Under the pieces are notes generated by a model. That model had not been told where the DNA came from. It searched no databases and saw only the letters and a list, made by a program, of their open reading frames with translations. From an uncultured Collinsella sp. (lineage in GTDB: Bacteria > Actinomycetota > Coriobacteriia > Coriobacteriales > Coriobacteriaceae): DNA of 64,000 nucleotides. Numbering within the stretch: position 1 is the stretch's first letter; each line of letters opens with the position of its first letter. Positions 8,602-18,672 of this stretch are shown here, piece after piece. A program made the translations under genes and the position numbers. The stretch is from assembly GCA_900544115.1 (NCBI GenBank), contig UQTW01000004.1, positions 18,302-82,301 of the forward strand, written 5' to 3'.

Positions 8602-11600
8602 TTGCCGTCCATGCTGGATCTCAGAGTTATTTGCAAAAGGTACGTTACGCAGTCGTTTACGCAGGTAGCGCTCGACAGCGTAAGCCTGTCTTTTCGCGAT
8701 AACGAGTTCGTAGCCATTCTGGGTCCCTCGGGTTCGGGTAAAACTACGATGCTCAACGTCATCGGTGGACTCGATCATTTCGATTCGGGCGATCTGCTGA
8801 TCGACGGCATCTCGACCAAGGACTTCAACGACCGCGATTGGGATGCCTATCGCAATAATCGCATCGGCTTTGTGTTCCAGAGCTATAACCTCATTCCGCA
8901 TCAGAGCATTTTGGAAAACGTGGAGTTGGCGCTTACGCTCACGGGCGTGGGGCATGCCGAGCGCCGCCAACGTGCGCGCAAGGCGCTCGAGGCAGTCGGT
9001 CTGGGCGAGCACGTTGACAAGCGCCCGAGCCAGCTTTCGGGCGGGCAGATGCAGCGCGTGGCCATTGCCCGCGCCCTGATCAATGACCCCGAGATTGTGC
9101 TGGCTGACGAGCCGACCGGCGCCTTGGATTCAACGACGTCCGTCCAGGTCATGGATTTGCTCAAGGACGTTGCGCGCGACCGTCTGGTCATTATGGTCAC
9201 GCACAATCCCGAGCTGGCGTACAAGTACGCCACGCGCATTGTCAACCTGGCGGACGGCAAGGTCACCGACGATTCAGATCCCTTTGATGCTGCCGAGGCC
9301 GCGCGTCGCGAGGCCAAGCCCACGCGCAAAACCTCGATGAGCTTTGTGACGGCGCTTGGGCTTTCTGCCCGAAATCTCATGACCAAGAAGGGCCGCACGG
9401 CCATGACGGCCTTTGCAGGTTCGATTGGCATTATCGGCATTGCGGCGATCCTGGCGCTCTCCAACGGCGTAAACGACTACATCAAAAAGGTCGAGGAGGA
9501 CACGCTCTCGAGCTACCCGCTGACGATTTCCAAACAAGATTATGACCTGTCGTCCATGATGGGCGGGCATGGGGCTACGGATGATGAGGTGTCCGAGGGC
9601 GAGGACTCGTCCGATGGCGCTACCGGCGGCAAGGCTCAGGGGACCGATAAGATCCCTGTGGTCACGGCCGTAAAGGACATGTTCGCAAGTGTTAAATCTA
9701 ACGATATGACGAGCTTTAAGGCATGGCTTGACGACGGCGGCAACGGTATCGACAAAGAGGTCAACGCTATTCAGTATGGTTACGGCGTGACGCCGGTTGT
9801 CTATCGTTCGAGTAAGGGCGACGAGAAGCCCGTTCGCCTTGTTCCCAACGCTATGACCGAGGCCATGAGCGGAGGCGCGAGCTCGGCGGCAACGGTGAGC
9901 ATGGAATCCATGGGAACGTCGGTCTTTAACGAGATGATTGACGACCAGAGCCTGCTCGACAGCCAGTACGATGTCGTTGCCGGCCATTGGCCTACGTCCG
10001 CCAACGAGGCCGTGATGGTGCTTTCGAGCCGCGGAACGGTGGGCGACTACACGCTCTACAGTATCGGCGCGCTGGATATCGATGAGCTCAACGACCTGGT
10101 TAACAGTGCCATGACGGCCGACGGCAAGGTCAAGACGCCCAAGACCGGCAGCGACTTTACCTACGACGATGCACTGTCCACGACGTTTAAGGTGTTGTCG
10201 CCGGCCGATGCCTATCGCAAAAACGAAGAGACCGGCATGTGGACTGACATGTCTGGCGACGCCGACTTTATGAAAGCCAAGGTTGCCGACGGTATTGACG
10301 TGCGCATTGTGGGCGTGGTGCGACCCAACGAGACGGCAAACGCGAGCGCATTGTCCCCGGGCATTGTCTATACGCATGCGCTGACTCGCCAGCTTATGGA
10401 GCGTGCTGCCGATTCGCAGATTGTGCAGGAGCAGCTTGCCCACCCCGAGACGGATGTCTTTACGGGCAAAACCTTCGACGAGCTGCAGGGCGAAGCCAAG
10501 CAGGGCGTGGATTTGGGCAGTATGTTCAGCGTAGACGAGGCGGCACTGAAGAGCGCGTTCTCGTTCGATGCATCTGCGCTCTCGGGTGTTGCCGGCGGTA
10601 TGGACCTTTCTGGTCTCGATTTGTCCGGGTTGGACATTGACCTTTCGGGTGTTGGGCGAGACATCGATTTCAGCGACATCATGGCCAAGGCGCCGGTCCC
10701 GGATTTCTCGGGCATCTTTGACGGTCTGGAACTCACACCCGAGCAAATGCAGCAGGTGGGAGCGCTAGCCAACCAGCTGTTTGAGGGCTTTATGCGCTCT
10801 GATCAGTTTAAGGCGCTGTCGCCCGAAGATCTTAAGGACGCGTCAAAGCTCGCTGCCGCATTCTCAGCGTACCTTGAGAATGATGTCGCAGCCCAGCAAT
10901 ACCTGGCTCAGCTCAGGGCGCTCGGCGGCGATGCCCTGGCCGAGCGTCTGCAGCAGGTGATGGGCGACTATGTGCAAAAGCAGCTGGCTCCGTATTTGCA
11001 GCAGTCTATGGATCAGGTGATGAAGGCGGTCAGCGAGCAGATTGCGACGACGGTATCAACCCAGCTCAAGGCGGGTGCGGCAGGGCTCATGGACCAAATG
11101 GCGACGCAGATGTCTTCGAGTTTTGCCAACTTGGCGAGCACCATGCGCGTGGATGCGAACGCCTTTGCTCGCGCTATCCACTTTAACATGGACGCTGAGG
11201 ACCTGAGTTCGCTCATGATGAGCTATGCCAAGGCGTCGAAGCTCACCTACGACAACAACCTGACCACACTGGGCTATGCGGACGAGGCCGACCCCATCTC
11301 GGTCAAGATTTTCCCGCGCGACTTTGAGGCCAAGGAGCGCGTGCTTGAACACATCGATGCGTACAACAAGCAGGTCAAAGCCGCCGGCCACGACGAACAG
11401 GCCATCTCGTACACCGACTACATGGGCATCATCATGGGCTCGGTGACCGACATCGTGAACACCATCAGCTTGGTGCTCATCGCATTCGTGAGCATCAGTC
11501 TGGTGGTGAGCTCCATCATGATCGGCATCATCACCTACATCAGCGTGCTGGAGCGCAAAAAGGAGATCGGTATCCTGCGCGCGATCGGCGCGTCGAAGCG

Positions 11601-11865
11601 CAACGTGGCCAACGTGTTCAATGCCGAAACCTTTATCGAGGGTCTCATTGCCGGCGTCTTTGCCGTTACCGTCGTGGTGCTCGTAAGCTTTCCTGTTAAT
11701 GCTTGGGCGCTTGCTGCCAAGCAGGTCCCCAACCTGATGAGCCTGCCCGTGCAGGATGCGTTGATACTCATTGCGATATCGGTGCTGCTGACGGTCGTCG
11801 CCGGCCTACTGCCGGCCCGCAGCGCATCTAAGAAAGACCCCGTAGAAGCCCTACGCTCCGAATAA
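8602..11865 (+). CDS. Fused ABC transporter ATPase and FtsX-type permease with MacB-like architecture
   Basis: N-terminal Walker [10 protein letters not shown], signature LSGGQMQRV, and Walker B. There is one transmembrane segment, a large extracytoplasmic domain, and a C-terminal FtsX-like 3-TM bundle. Confidence 0.8.
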   Translation: MPSMLDLRVICKRYVTQSFTQVALDSVSLSFRDNEFVAILGPSGSGKTTMLNVIGGLDHFDSGDLLIDGISTKDFNDRDWDAYRNNRIGFVFQSYNLIPHQSILENVELALTLTGVGHAERRQRARKALEAVGLGEHVDKRPSQLSGGQMQRVAIARALINDPEIVLADEPTGALDSTTSVQVMDLLKDVARDRLVIMVTHNPELAYKYATRIVNLADGKVTDDSDPFDAAEAARREAKPTRKTSMSFVTALGLSARNLMTKKGRTAMTAFAGSIGIIGIAAILALSNGVNDYIKKVEEDTLSSYPLTISKQDYDLSSMMGGHGATDDEVSEGEDSSDGATGGKAQGTDKIPVVTAVKDMFASVKSNDMTSFKAWLDDGGNGIDKEVNAIQYGYGVTPVVYRSSKGDEKPVRLVPNAMTEAMSGGASSAATVSMESMGTSVFNEMIDDQSLLDSQYDVVAGHWPTSANEAVMVLSSRGTVGDYTLYSIGALDIDELNDLVNSAMTADGKVKTPKTGSDFTYDDALSTTFKVLSPADAYRKNEETGMWTDMSGDADFMKAKVADGIDVRIVGVVRPNETANASALSPGIVYTHALTRQLMERAADSQIVQEQLAHPETDVFTGKTFDELQGEAKQGVDLGSMFSVDEAALKSAFSFDASALSGVAGGMDLSGLDLSGLDIDLSGVGRDIDFSDIMAKAPVPDFSGIFDGLELTPEQMQQVGALANQLFEGFMRSDQFKALSPEDLKDASKLAAAFSAYLENDVAAQQYLAQLRALGGDALAERLQQVMGDYVQKQLAPYLQQSMDQVMKAVSEQIATTVSTQLKAGAAGLMDQMATQMSSSFANLASTMRVDANAFARAIHFNMDAEDLSSLMMSYAKASKLTYDNNLTTLGYADEADPISVKIFPRDFEAKERVLEHIDAYNKQVKAAGHDEQAISYTDYMGIIMGSVTDIVNTISLVLIAFVSISLVVSSIMIGIITYISVLERKKEIGILRAIGASKRNVANVFNAETFIEGLIAGVFAVTVVVLVSFPVNAWALAAKQVPNLMSLPVQDALILIAISVLLTVVAGLLPARSASKKDPVEALRSE

Positions 11866-11894
11866 TGTGACAAAGGGACAGCCCCTTTGTCACA
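11866..11894. repeat. 29-bp palindrome copy 3 (tgtgacaaagggacagcccctttgtcaca)
   Basis: It directly abuts the TAA stop of the ABC gene (11863-11865). Confidence 0.9.
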
Positions 11895-11908
11895 TTTCTC
11901 TCCTGCGC

Positions 11909-13042
11909 CTAGCTTGTTTTGCCCATCAGCGTGATGCGGATGGCTGGATGGGTATACTCGTCAAACTCGTCCTCGGGTTCCGTATCAAACGAGTAATACG
12001 CTTTGACGGGGCCGTCGCTCGTCCTGATAGAGATTCTCTCGTAGAGCGAGCCGTTCAAAAAAGCCTGCCTAAACTCTTCAGGGAGCTTCTGCGGTGCTAG
12101 GAGCTCGGGACTTGCGGTCTTGACGTCTATGGTTTGGACGACAGAGGAAAGCTCGTCAAGGTCGAGCTCGATACGGGCGAGATTGTCCTCGAGGTTCGCA
12201 TCGGGGTCGACCTCTGCCGCGTAGCTCACTTCCGCGAGCGTTCCCTTGTTGTCAAAATCCAGGTACGTATAGGTCTTTTGGGCATCGGAGTCGCCGTCGT
12301 GCAGATAGCCTCGGACGTGATAGCCGTAATCTTGGTATCGCTCGTAGGGGTCATCGGCGGATACGTACTCGCATGAGGGTTCCAGCGCCTTGCGGGCGAT
12401 GGCGATCTGCTCGGCTGCAGCCGCGGCGTTCTCCTGCATCTCGATGTTTCCCTGCGCCAGCTGCGGGATATAGGCGCCGCACACGATTGCGAGGGGCAGC
12501 GCCACAAGCGCGACGATCCACTTTTTTGCACGGGGGATAGGCACGCCACAGGCCTCTGCCGCGGCCTTTGCGTTGGCGAAGCTCTCGGCAAGCACATCTG
12601 CCGCGGTGGCGACGGCGCCTACGGCAGCGGCGACCTCTGCCGCGCCGCCCAGGTTGCGCGCGGTCTCGTTGTCACTGTTCCTGAGCAGGCGCGCGGCGGC
12701 CTGCGTGCCAACAACGCCTGCGATCTGTGCCGAGCGGTCTTTCTCGCTCTGCTCGACGGCGAGCCGGTACTGCATTTCCTTCCACTGCTTGCCACGCATG
12801 CCAAAGCGCGGGGCGAGAGCGCAGTAGCAGAATATAACGAGCTCGATGGCGGTGAGCACCAAGGCGGTCATCATGCCTGTCTCTTGGAAGCCTTCGTGAT
12901 GGAAGACGATGTCGTCGACCATTTCGAAAGGAATGATCGATAAGGGCAGCACGAATGCCATGGCAAGCGCCGCGCCGGCAACCTTGGGGCAGATGCAGTA
13001 TCGCTGGATGCGCTTGCGTTCTTGTTCGGAGAGTGCTGCCAT
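11909..13042 (-). CDS. Hypothetical membrane-anchored protein
   Basis: Two or three transmembrane segments plus an Ala-rich and acidic extracytoplasmic region. No recognisable domain. It is flanked by palindrome copies 3 and 4. Confidence 0.45.
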   Translation of the reverse strand: MAALSEQERKRIQRYCICPKVAGAALAMAFVLPLSIIPFEMVDDIVFHHEGFQETGMMTALVLTAIELVIFCYCALAPRFGMRGKQWKEMQYRLAVEQSEKDRSAQIAGVVGTQAAARLLRNSDNETARNLGGAAEVAAAVGAVATAADVLAESFANAKAAAEACGVPIPRAKKWIVALVALPLAIVCGAYIPQLAQGNIEMQENAAAAAEQIAIARKALEPSCEYVSADDPYERYQDYGYHVRGYLHDGDSDAQKTYTYLDFDNKGTLAEVSYAAEVDPDANLEDNLARIELDLDELSSVVQTIDVKTASPELLAPQKLPEEFRQAFLNGSLYERISIRTSDGPVKAYYSFDTEPEDEFDEYTHPAIRITLMGKTS

Positions 13043-13250
13043 GGCGGGTCCTTGGTGTCGTGGCGGTCGTTGTGGCGCGATGCCGTCATATGTGACTCAG
13101 TATAGAGAATCCCGCCATCGATGAGCGCATGGTCATACGGCAAAAGTGCCACGGCAGCCCTGGTTTAGAGCGGCTGCTCCTGTGCCCACGCGATGATGCC
13201 GCCCGATACGTATGTGTGCCAAAATAAACAGCCGAATGATGATTTGCAAA

Positions 13251-13279
13251 TGTGACAAAGGGACAGTCCCTTTGTCACA
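13251..13279. repeat. 29-bp palindrome copy 4 (exact)
   Basis: It sits in the 5' region 16 bp upstream of dus and is followed by the conserved gatgtgag motif. Confidence 0.9.
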
Positions 13280-13294
13280 TTGATGTGAGAATGG

Positions 13295-14254
13295 ATGTCG
13301 ATGTATTTATCGCTGGCCCCTATGGAGGGGATTACCGGGCATGTGTTCCGTCGCGTGCACGCGGAGTGTTTTGGCGCACTCGATTGTTATTACACGCCGT
13401 TTTTGCCGCCGCCACGGGTAGGCAACCGCTTTGGCGGCAAAGCGTTTAAAGAGGTCGATCCCGCCAATAACCAGGGGCTTAACGTAGTGCCTCAGCTGAT
13501 GTCCAAGAATGCGGATGAGTTTGTGTGGGCGGCGCAGGTGCTCGCCGACATGGGTTATCACGAGGTCAATCTCAACCTTGGCTGCCCCTCGGGCACGGTT
13601 GTCGCCAAGGGGAAGGGCTCGGGCTTTCTGCGCAATCTGGATGAGCTCGAGGTGTTCTTGAGCGACGTGTGCGAACGCTCGCCGTTGCCGGTGTCGGTCA
13701 AGACCAGGCTGGGATTGGAGAACGACGACGAATACGAGCGCGTGCTCGATCTGTATTGCCGCATGCCGCTGGCAGAGCTGATTGTGCACCCGCGCGTGCA
13801 AAAGGACCGCTATACGGGCTCGCCGCGCAAAGAGTTTTACGGTGAGACGCTGAAGCGGGCGCCGTTTCCGGTGGCCTATAACGGCGACATCTTTGATCTT
13901 GAGGACATGGATGCGCTGGTGGAGGCCTATCCCGGAACGCGTCACGTCATGTTGGGGCGCGGCTTGCTTGCGAACCCCGCGCTGGCTCGCATGGTTAAGG
14001 GCGGTCCTACTGCCACGGCAACTGAACTGCAGCGCTTCCACGACACGCTGTTTGCGGCCTATGCAGAAGAGATCGGCGGTAACGCGGTCTTTCGCATGAA
14101 GGAGTGGTGGTTCTACGCCAAGTGCGCCTTCGCCGATCCCGCGACCGTTCACAAACTCGTACGCAAGACCAAAAAGGTCGATGAATACCGTGCCGCTGTC
14201 GACCGTGTCTTTCGCGAGCAGCAGCTTGCGCCCATCGCCCGCTTTTGTGGCTAA
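13295..14254 (+). CDS. dus: tRNA-dihydrouridine synthase
   Basis: APMEGITGHVFRR..., LNLGCPSG, TIM-barrel Dus-family motifs. Confidence 0.8.
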   Translation: MSMYLSLAPMEGITGHVFRRVHAECFGALDCYYTPFLPPPRVGNRFGGKAFKEVDPANNQGLNVVPQLMSKNADEFVWAAQVLADMGYHEVNLNLGCPSGTVVAKGKGSGFLRNLDELEVFLSDVCERSPLPVSVKTRLGLENDDEYERVLDLYCRMPLAELIVHPRVQKDRYTGSPRKEFYGETLKRAPFPVAYNGDIFDLEDMDALVEAYPGTRHVMLGRGLLANPALARMVKGGPTATATELQRFHDTLFAAYAEEIGGNAVFRMKEWWFYAKCAFADPATVHKLVRKTKKVDEYRAAVDRVFREQQLAPIARFCG

Positions 14255-14385
14255 ATGATCCCTTGGGGACGGAGAAGAACGGATCGCCTGTGCCGGACCC
14301 ATGCAAAAAACTGTACGCCAGCATCCAAGGATGTCGAATAATATCGTTTTTGGATGCTGACGTACATGTTTGGTTCGGCAGGGGA

Positions 14386-14652
14386 CTAGGCAATCATTGC
14401 ATCGAGTGTAATGAGTTCCCTGAGTCGCTCCGTGCGCGTTTGCCCATGGCGCTTTGCCTTTGCGTCAAATGCTTCAAGAACCGATTCGCCCACACGTGCC
14501 GATAAAACAACGCTTGGTTCATCGGAAATCGGCGGCCTTCCCAACTTGACGGTGTGGCCCTTCGGCCACTCATCTTTTTCGTATGCCGCTGCGGCTTTTT
14601 CTAGCTCACCGGGAGCAAACCCCATCATCTTTTCGAGCTGTTTAGCGTCCAT
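14386..14652 (-). CDS. BrnA-like ribbon-helix-helix antitoxin
   Basis: MDAKQLEKMM...VVLSARVGESVLEAFDAKAKRHGQTRTERLRELI resembles the BrnA C-terminus. It starts 8 bp downstream of the toxin gene, and the track ORF is extended 5' beyond this start. Confidence 0.55.
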   Translation of the reverse strand: MDAKQLEKMMGFAPGELEKAAAAYEKDEWPKGHTVKLGRPPISDEPSVVLSARVGESVLEAFDAKAKRHGQTRTERLRELITLDAMIA

Positions 14653-14660
14653 AGCGCCTC

Positions 14661-14927
14661 CTATCGATCGATTCCGATTTCCCTGAGCACCTTGCGCGTA
14701 GGAGGGACAAGGGCGTGGTAAATGATGTAACCATCTCGGTCGGGGCAACATCGAGCAATGAGCTCCATGAGGCGGTTTTTTCCATCAAGTCCAACGAGAA
14801 CGTAATCGATGCCTCCATTTTCAAGATCACGCCTAAACCATGCGAAAGCGGAGTTCCAAGCGCAGGTAATATCCGTCTCTGTCAGCCCATGTTTGAGGGC
14901 ATGGGGGTGGATTGCGATGAGCTCCAT
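14661..14927 (-). CDS. BrnT-like (DUF497) ribonuclease toxin
   Basis: ...HALKHGLTETDI...LVGLDGKNRLMELIARCCPDRDGYIIYHALVPPTRK is BrnT/RelE-like. Toxin-first gene order matches brnTA. Confidence 0.55.
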   Translation of the reverse strand: MELIAIHPHALKHGLTETDITCAWNSAFAWFRRDLENGGIDYVLVGLDGKNRLMELIARCCPDRDGYIIYHALVPPTRKVLREIGIDR

Positions 14928-14984
14928 AGGGACCTCTCTTTATGTATACAGTTTTGTAGACAAAAATACAAGCAGTTAATATGG

Positions 14985-16271
14985 TTAAGCAGCCTGTTTT
15001 GGTTGGACTGTTGGTTGCATAGTTGGCACGAGAGGCTCTACCGCTTCTTCATTTCTTAGTTCGGTATGCGAGCGGCCGTTGAACTCCCAGAGGGGAGTGT
15101 TCTCATAGATTATCGAGATGAGTTTGGAGACCTTGTTTATCTTCGCTTGTTCATAAAAATCGGGCCGTACGACGATCAATAGAAATTCGGCATCTTCGTT
15201 AATTTGTTGCACTGTCGGCATGCCGTTGAGACCAATAGAGCGCAAGAGCTTTGCCATAATGAAATCGAATTCGTCCTCTCTTGCGTGAAGGCTCGCGGCA
15301 CTCAGCTTGGAATCCTTCAAGATATCCAGTTTGAGATTGTTAAGAAACCGTGTGTAGGTGGCATATCCGCAGACAACGTCCTCATAATCGAGTTTTTTGA
15401 TTGGATGCTGTTTATGAGCAGCGAATATGGCCGCCCTCCTGCTCTGAACACGTCGCTCGCGTAACGAACGCATTTCCTCGGTGTACTCGCTATGGCGTTT
15501 ATATTTTCGATAAGAATATCCGTAGTCGTCGTAGTAATAAGGGTTGTTTTCGACTGTGTCATCAAGTTCCGGCGTTATGAGGTACAGCTCTCCGTCTCTG
15601 GATAACATACAGGGGTTGTCGATGCGCCCCGACTCGTCTCTGATTTTCCAAATGGTTTCATTTACTTCGAATATCGAGACTGGTTTGGGAGCGCAAGAAT
15701 TGTAAAGCTCAACAAACTTCTCAAGCGAGATGATTCCGCAAGCATCTGTATAAGCGCGTGCAAAGCGCCAAACTTCCTGGTTCGCTATGAGCTCGCGGAA
15801 TTCCCTGTTGCTTGGAGCATCTTGTGGGCTTTGGTATCTGGCGTGAAGCGCGACGCGTGATGAGGACCATCTGTTGTCGGCCGCGACGTTCATGAGCTCC
15901 AGACGCAGGTACTCGTTTGTAATGCGAGCGAGTGACTCATAGTGAGTTAGGCCAAGCTCTGATCTAGGTGGCACGTCTTTGGGAACGGCGCGAGCGAACT
16001 TAATGCAGCGTGTGAGATAGGATTGTCCTAAGCGGGGACCATAATGCTTGTGTAGATGGCCGCCGACAGGGGAGAGCAATCCTTTGAGGTTGGTAACGGG
16101 GTATCCGGCGGTCTCTTGTTCGAGGCGGCGCCCGATGAGCAATGCCCCCTCAAGCGAAGTTTCATGATCGATACCCTTTTGATTAAGGCTCTTGGCTTCA
16201 ACGATTCCGCTGATATCTGAGCAGGCGCTCGAAACGATGTCGGACGTAAAGGTTGGAATCTTTTTTGCCAT
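14985..16271 (-). CDS. Hypothetical protein, 428 aa, with no recognisable domain
   Basis: Long intact ORF in a locally AT-richer segment with no overlapping alternative frame. Confidence 0.5.
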   Translation of the reverse strand: MAKKIPTFTSDIVSSACSDISGIVEAKSLNQKGIDHETSLEGALLIGRRLEQETAGYPVTNLKGLLSPVGGHLHKHYGPRLGQSYLTRCIKFARAVPKDVPPRSELGLTHYESLARITNEYLRLELMNVAADNRWSSSRVALHARYQSPQDAPSNREFRELIANQEVWRFARAYTDACGIISLEKFVELYNSCAPKPVSIFEVNETIWKIRDESGRIDNPCMLSRDGELYLITPELDDTVENNPYYYDDYGYSYRKYKRHSEYTEEMRSLRERRVQSRRAAIFAAHKQHPIKKLDYEDVVCGYATYTRFLNNLKLDILKDSKLSAASLHAREDEFDFIMAKLLRSIGLNGMPTVQQINEDAEFLLIVVRPDFYEQAKINKVSKLISIIYENTPLWEFNGRSHTELRNEEAVEPLVPTMQPTVQPKQAA

Positions 16272-16556
16272 AACGATGCACTCCTGTGTGACTCACGGAT
16301 AACGGAAACGTTTGGTTGTGAGTGCCGTTCTTTGATGGCGACGGCGAACAGGAGCGCAGCCTGTCTGAGATGGGCGAGTGCGGTAACCACCGATCTTACT
16401 TACCGAGCTCGCTCCAGCGTGTCATTGGGGACCTCCGCAGGAGCTCTCGACTCGTCTCATGCCTTGAGGCGAGTATAGCATAAAAGCAAACGTATGTTCT
16501 ATAAATTTGAGAAGCTGAATTCCTACCTACTCATTTAAGTACGTCCCCAATGAGTG

Positions 16557-16802
16557 CTAGAGGAGGTTTTTCTGTGTCCAGGTGATGATGTCGCTCGACT
16601 CGTAGAGCGGTTTGCCGTCAATGAACAGGCAGGGAACCTGGCGTTTTCCGCCGACGGCGATGAGCGTCTGCTCGGCATCGGGGTCAGTCGAGATATTGCG
16701 TTCGGGAATGGTCACGCCGTTATCGGCCAAAAAGCGCTTGACCTTTATGCAATACGGGCAGCCAGTCATAACGTAGAGCGCGAGTTCATGATCAGTAGCC
16801 AT
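16557..16802 (-). CDS. Glutaredoxin-like protein (NrdH/Grx family)
   Basis: MATDHELALYVMTGCPYCIKVKRFL... has the CPYC active site in a thioredoxin fold. The track ORF is a long 5' artefactual extension. Confidence 0.7.
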   Translation of the reverse strand: MATDHELALYVMTGCPYCIKVKRFLADNGVTIPERNISTDPDAEQTLIAVGGKRQVPCLFIDGKPLYESSDIITWTQKNLL

Positions 16803-16854
16803 GGTGTCTCCAATCGGTTGCGGTTTTGATTGAAATACCCAAAGCCGCCGCAAT

Positions 16855-17682
16855 CTATGCGCGGGCCAGCGACGACTCGATGGCCTGTACCAGAAACGCC
16901 GTAGCTCCGGTGCCGCAGGGCTTGTCGTAGTAGTCAACAAACCGCTGATCGGCAAGATAGCCGTGGGCGAGGCCCAGGTATGCTTCGTCTTGGGGTTCGT
17001 GTCCCCAGTTAAGGCCAATCCATCGACGGTGCATTGCGACAAGCTTGCGCGCCTCGCTTCCATCCGGTTCGCCGTCGCCCATGGCGATCGAGAGCTGGCC
17101 CAGAATAGCGCGTTCAAGTTCCTTCATGTCGTTCCATGTCTCGGGGTCCATGTCCAGCAGTGCCTCGTTTGCTGCATCGACGGCCTCGTCGCCATAGCGC
17201 GCCCGCGCCTCGGCACCGTAGCGCTCCTCGTTTTCCTGCACGGTGCGCCAGCGCTCCAATTGCGGCAGCACGGCGCCCATGAGAGAGACGGCTTCGTCGA
17301 GCGACATACCGGTGTTTTGTGCCAGGCGCGGGGCGCAATCCTCAATCATGGCCTCCATCGTGGTCTCGTAGGTGTACTTGCCGTGGTCGTAGCACCACTT
17401 GCAGTAATGGTCGGTCGTTGCGCCGTGAGCATCGGTGCCGCAGTCGTCGGGCGTGAGTATCATGCCGCAGCTCTGGCAATAGTGCTCGGGCATTTCGAGC
17501 AGGTGGGACAGCGGTTCTCCGGTTATGGCGGCAATGAGCTTCATCATGTCGATGCCCGGCGTGACTTCGCCGCGTTCCCAACGGCTGACGGCTTGGCGTG
17601 TGACGAAGAGCTTGGCGGCGAGTTGCTCTTGGGTGAGATTGTTGTCGCGGCGGATGGCGATGAGCTTTTCTGCAAAGGCCAT
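16855..17682 (-). CDS. XRE-family helix-turn-helix regulator with a zinc-ribbon and a TipAS-like C-terminal domain
   Basis: LTQEQLAAKLFVTRQAVSRWERGE HTH, a CxxC...CxxC segment, and a C-terminal TipAS-like segment (...LVAMHRRWIG...YLADQRFVDYYDK). Confidence 0.65.
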   Translation of the reverse strand: MAFAEKLIAIRRDNNLTQEQLAAKLFVTRQAVSRWERGEVTPGIDMMKLIAAITGEPLSHLLEMPEHYCQSCGMILTPDDCGTDAHGATTDHYCKWCYDHGKYTYETTMEAMIEDCAPRLAQNTGMSLDEAVSLMGAVLPQLERWRTVQENEERYGAEARARYGDEAVDAANEALLDMDPETWNDMKELERAILGQLSIAMGDGEPDGSEARKLVAMHRRWIGLNWGHEPQDEAYLGLAHGYLADQRFVDYYDKPCGTGATAFLVQAIESSLARA

Positions 17683-17813
17683 GACGGCTCCTTTCTGCTG
17701 TTTGTTGCTTTAAGCATACGCGGCGGCCGGCACCCTTCCAAGCAACCGTTGGTTGCACGACGGGGACCGCGGCGAAGAATTGCGCGCAACACCCCACGCC
17801 TCCATGCCGTACA

Positions 17814-18560
17814 ATGACCGGCATGGAACCTATTGCACACATACATACCGACCTGCCGCAGAAGTTCGGCATCCCACGCAACAGCTTTTTGGCGCCCCAT
17901 CTGCAGGGACGCATCGTCTTTGAGCCGGAATTTGCCTCCAACGCTGCAGTTGAGGGTCTGGACTCCTTCTCTCACCTATGGCTGCTCTGGCGCTTCGAAA
18001 ACGGAACGCCCGGCGGCACGGCTAAGGACATAGCCGCCGATGCCAAAACGCAGGACAGGTCCGGCACCAACGCAAAATGGTCGAAAACCGTGCGCCCACC
18101 GCGTCTGGGTGGAGCCGAACGCGTGGGCGTGTTTGCCACGCGCAGTCCGTTTCGCCCTAATCCCATCGGGCTCACCTGCGTCAAGCTTGATCGTGTCGAG
18201 CTCACCGACGATGGTCCCATCATCCATGTGCTGGGGGCCGACCTGCGCGACGGTACGCCCATCTACGACATTAAGCCTTACATTCCGTTTGCGGACTGTC
18301 ACCCGGATGCGACGGGCGGCTGGATTGAGGACGCGCCATGGCAAGAGCTCGATGTCGAGCTCCCGCAAGCGCTGCGGGACATGGTCCCGGACACAAAGCT
18401 CCCCGGCTTGATCGAGGTGCTCCGCCAAGATCCGCGCCGTGCGGGCAGCAAACACGAGCCAAACCGCGTTTACCATTTGGCTTACGCTGGGCTTGACATA
18501 TCGTTTACGGTCGACGGAACCAGGTTGACGATAACCGCCATCAACGACGCGCGAGACTAA
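17814..18560 (+). CDS. trmO: tRNA (adenine37-N6)-methyltransferase TrmO/TsaA (YaeB family)
   Basis: IAHIHTDLPQKFGIPRN..., RSPFRPNPIGLT are YaeB-family motifs. Confidence 0.75.
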   Translation: MTGMEPIAHIHTDLPQKFGIPRNSFLAPHLQGRIVFEPEFASNAAVEGLDSFSHLWLLWRFENGTPGGTAKDIAADAKTQDRSGTNAKWSKTVRPPRLGGAERVGVFATRSPFRPNPIGLTCVKLDRVELTDDGPIIHVLGADLRDGTPIYDIKPYIPFADCHPDATGGWIEDAPWQELDVELPQALRDMVPDTKLPGLIEVLRQDPRRAGSKHEPNRVYHLAYAGLDISFTVDGTRLTITAINDARD

Positions 18561-18672
18561 CCAGCCATTCGTCCGCACCCGTCAAATTAAGCGCCAAACT
18601 CCGCTCCAAAACCGCCCACGCTGGTGGACAATAACGCCTACCGAAACAATCCGCTTTGCACGGGAGCTCAGC

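Noticed and set aside
9274-10746. 490-aa ORF antisense within the fused ABC transporter gene
   Set aside because: It is antisense to a gene with clear Walker/FtsX motifs and has an Arg/His-rich composition.
13307-14302. 331-aa ORF antisense to dus
   Set aside because: It is antisense to the Dus-family gene, which has conserved motifs.
14313-14365. Hairpin cagcatccaa...ttggatgctg between dus and the antitoxin gene, as a terminator
   Set aside because: The stem is moderate (10 bp, AT-containing), the loop is 22 nt, and the U-tract is only on the minus strand, 6 nt away. It is plausible but weak, so it is not listed as a feature.
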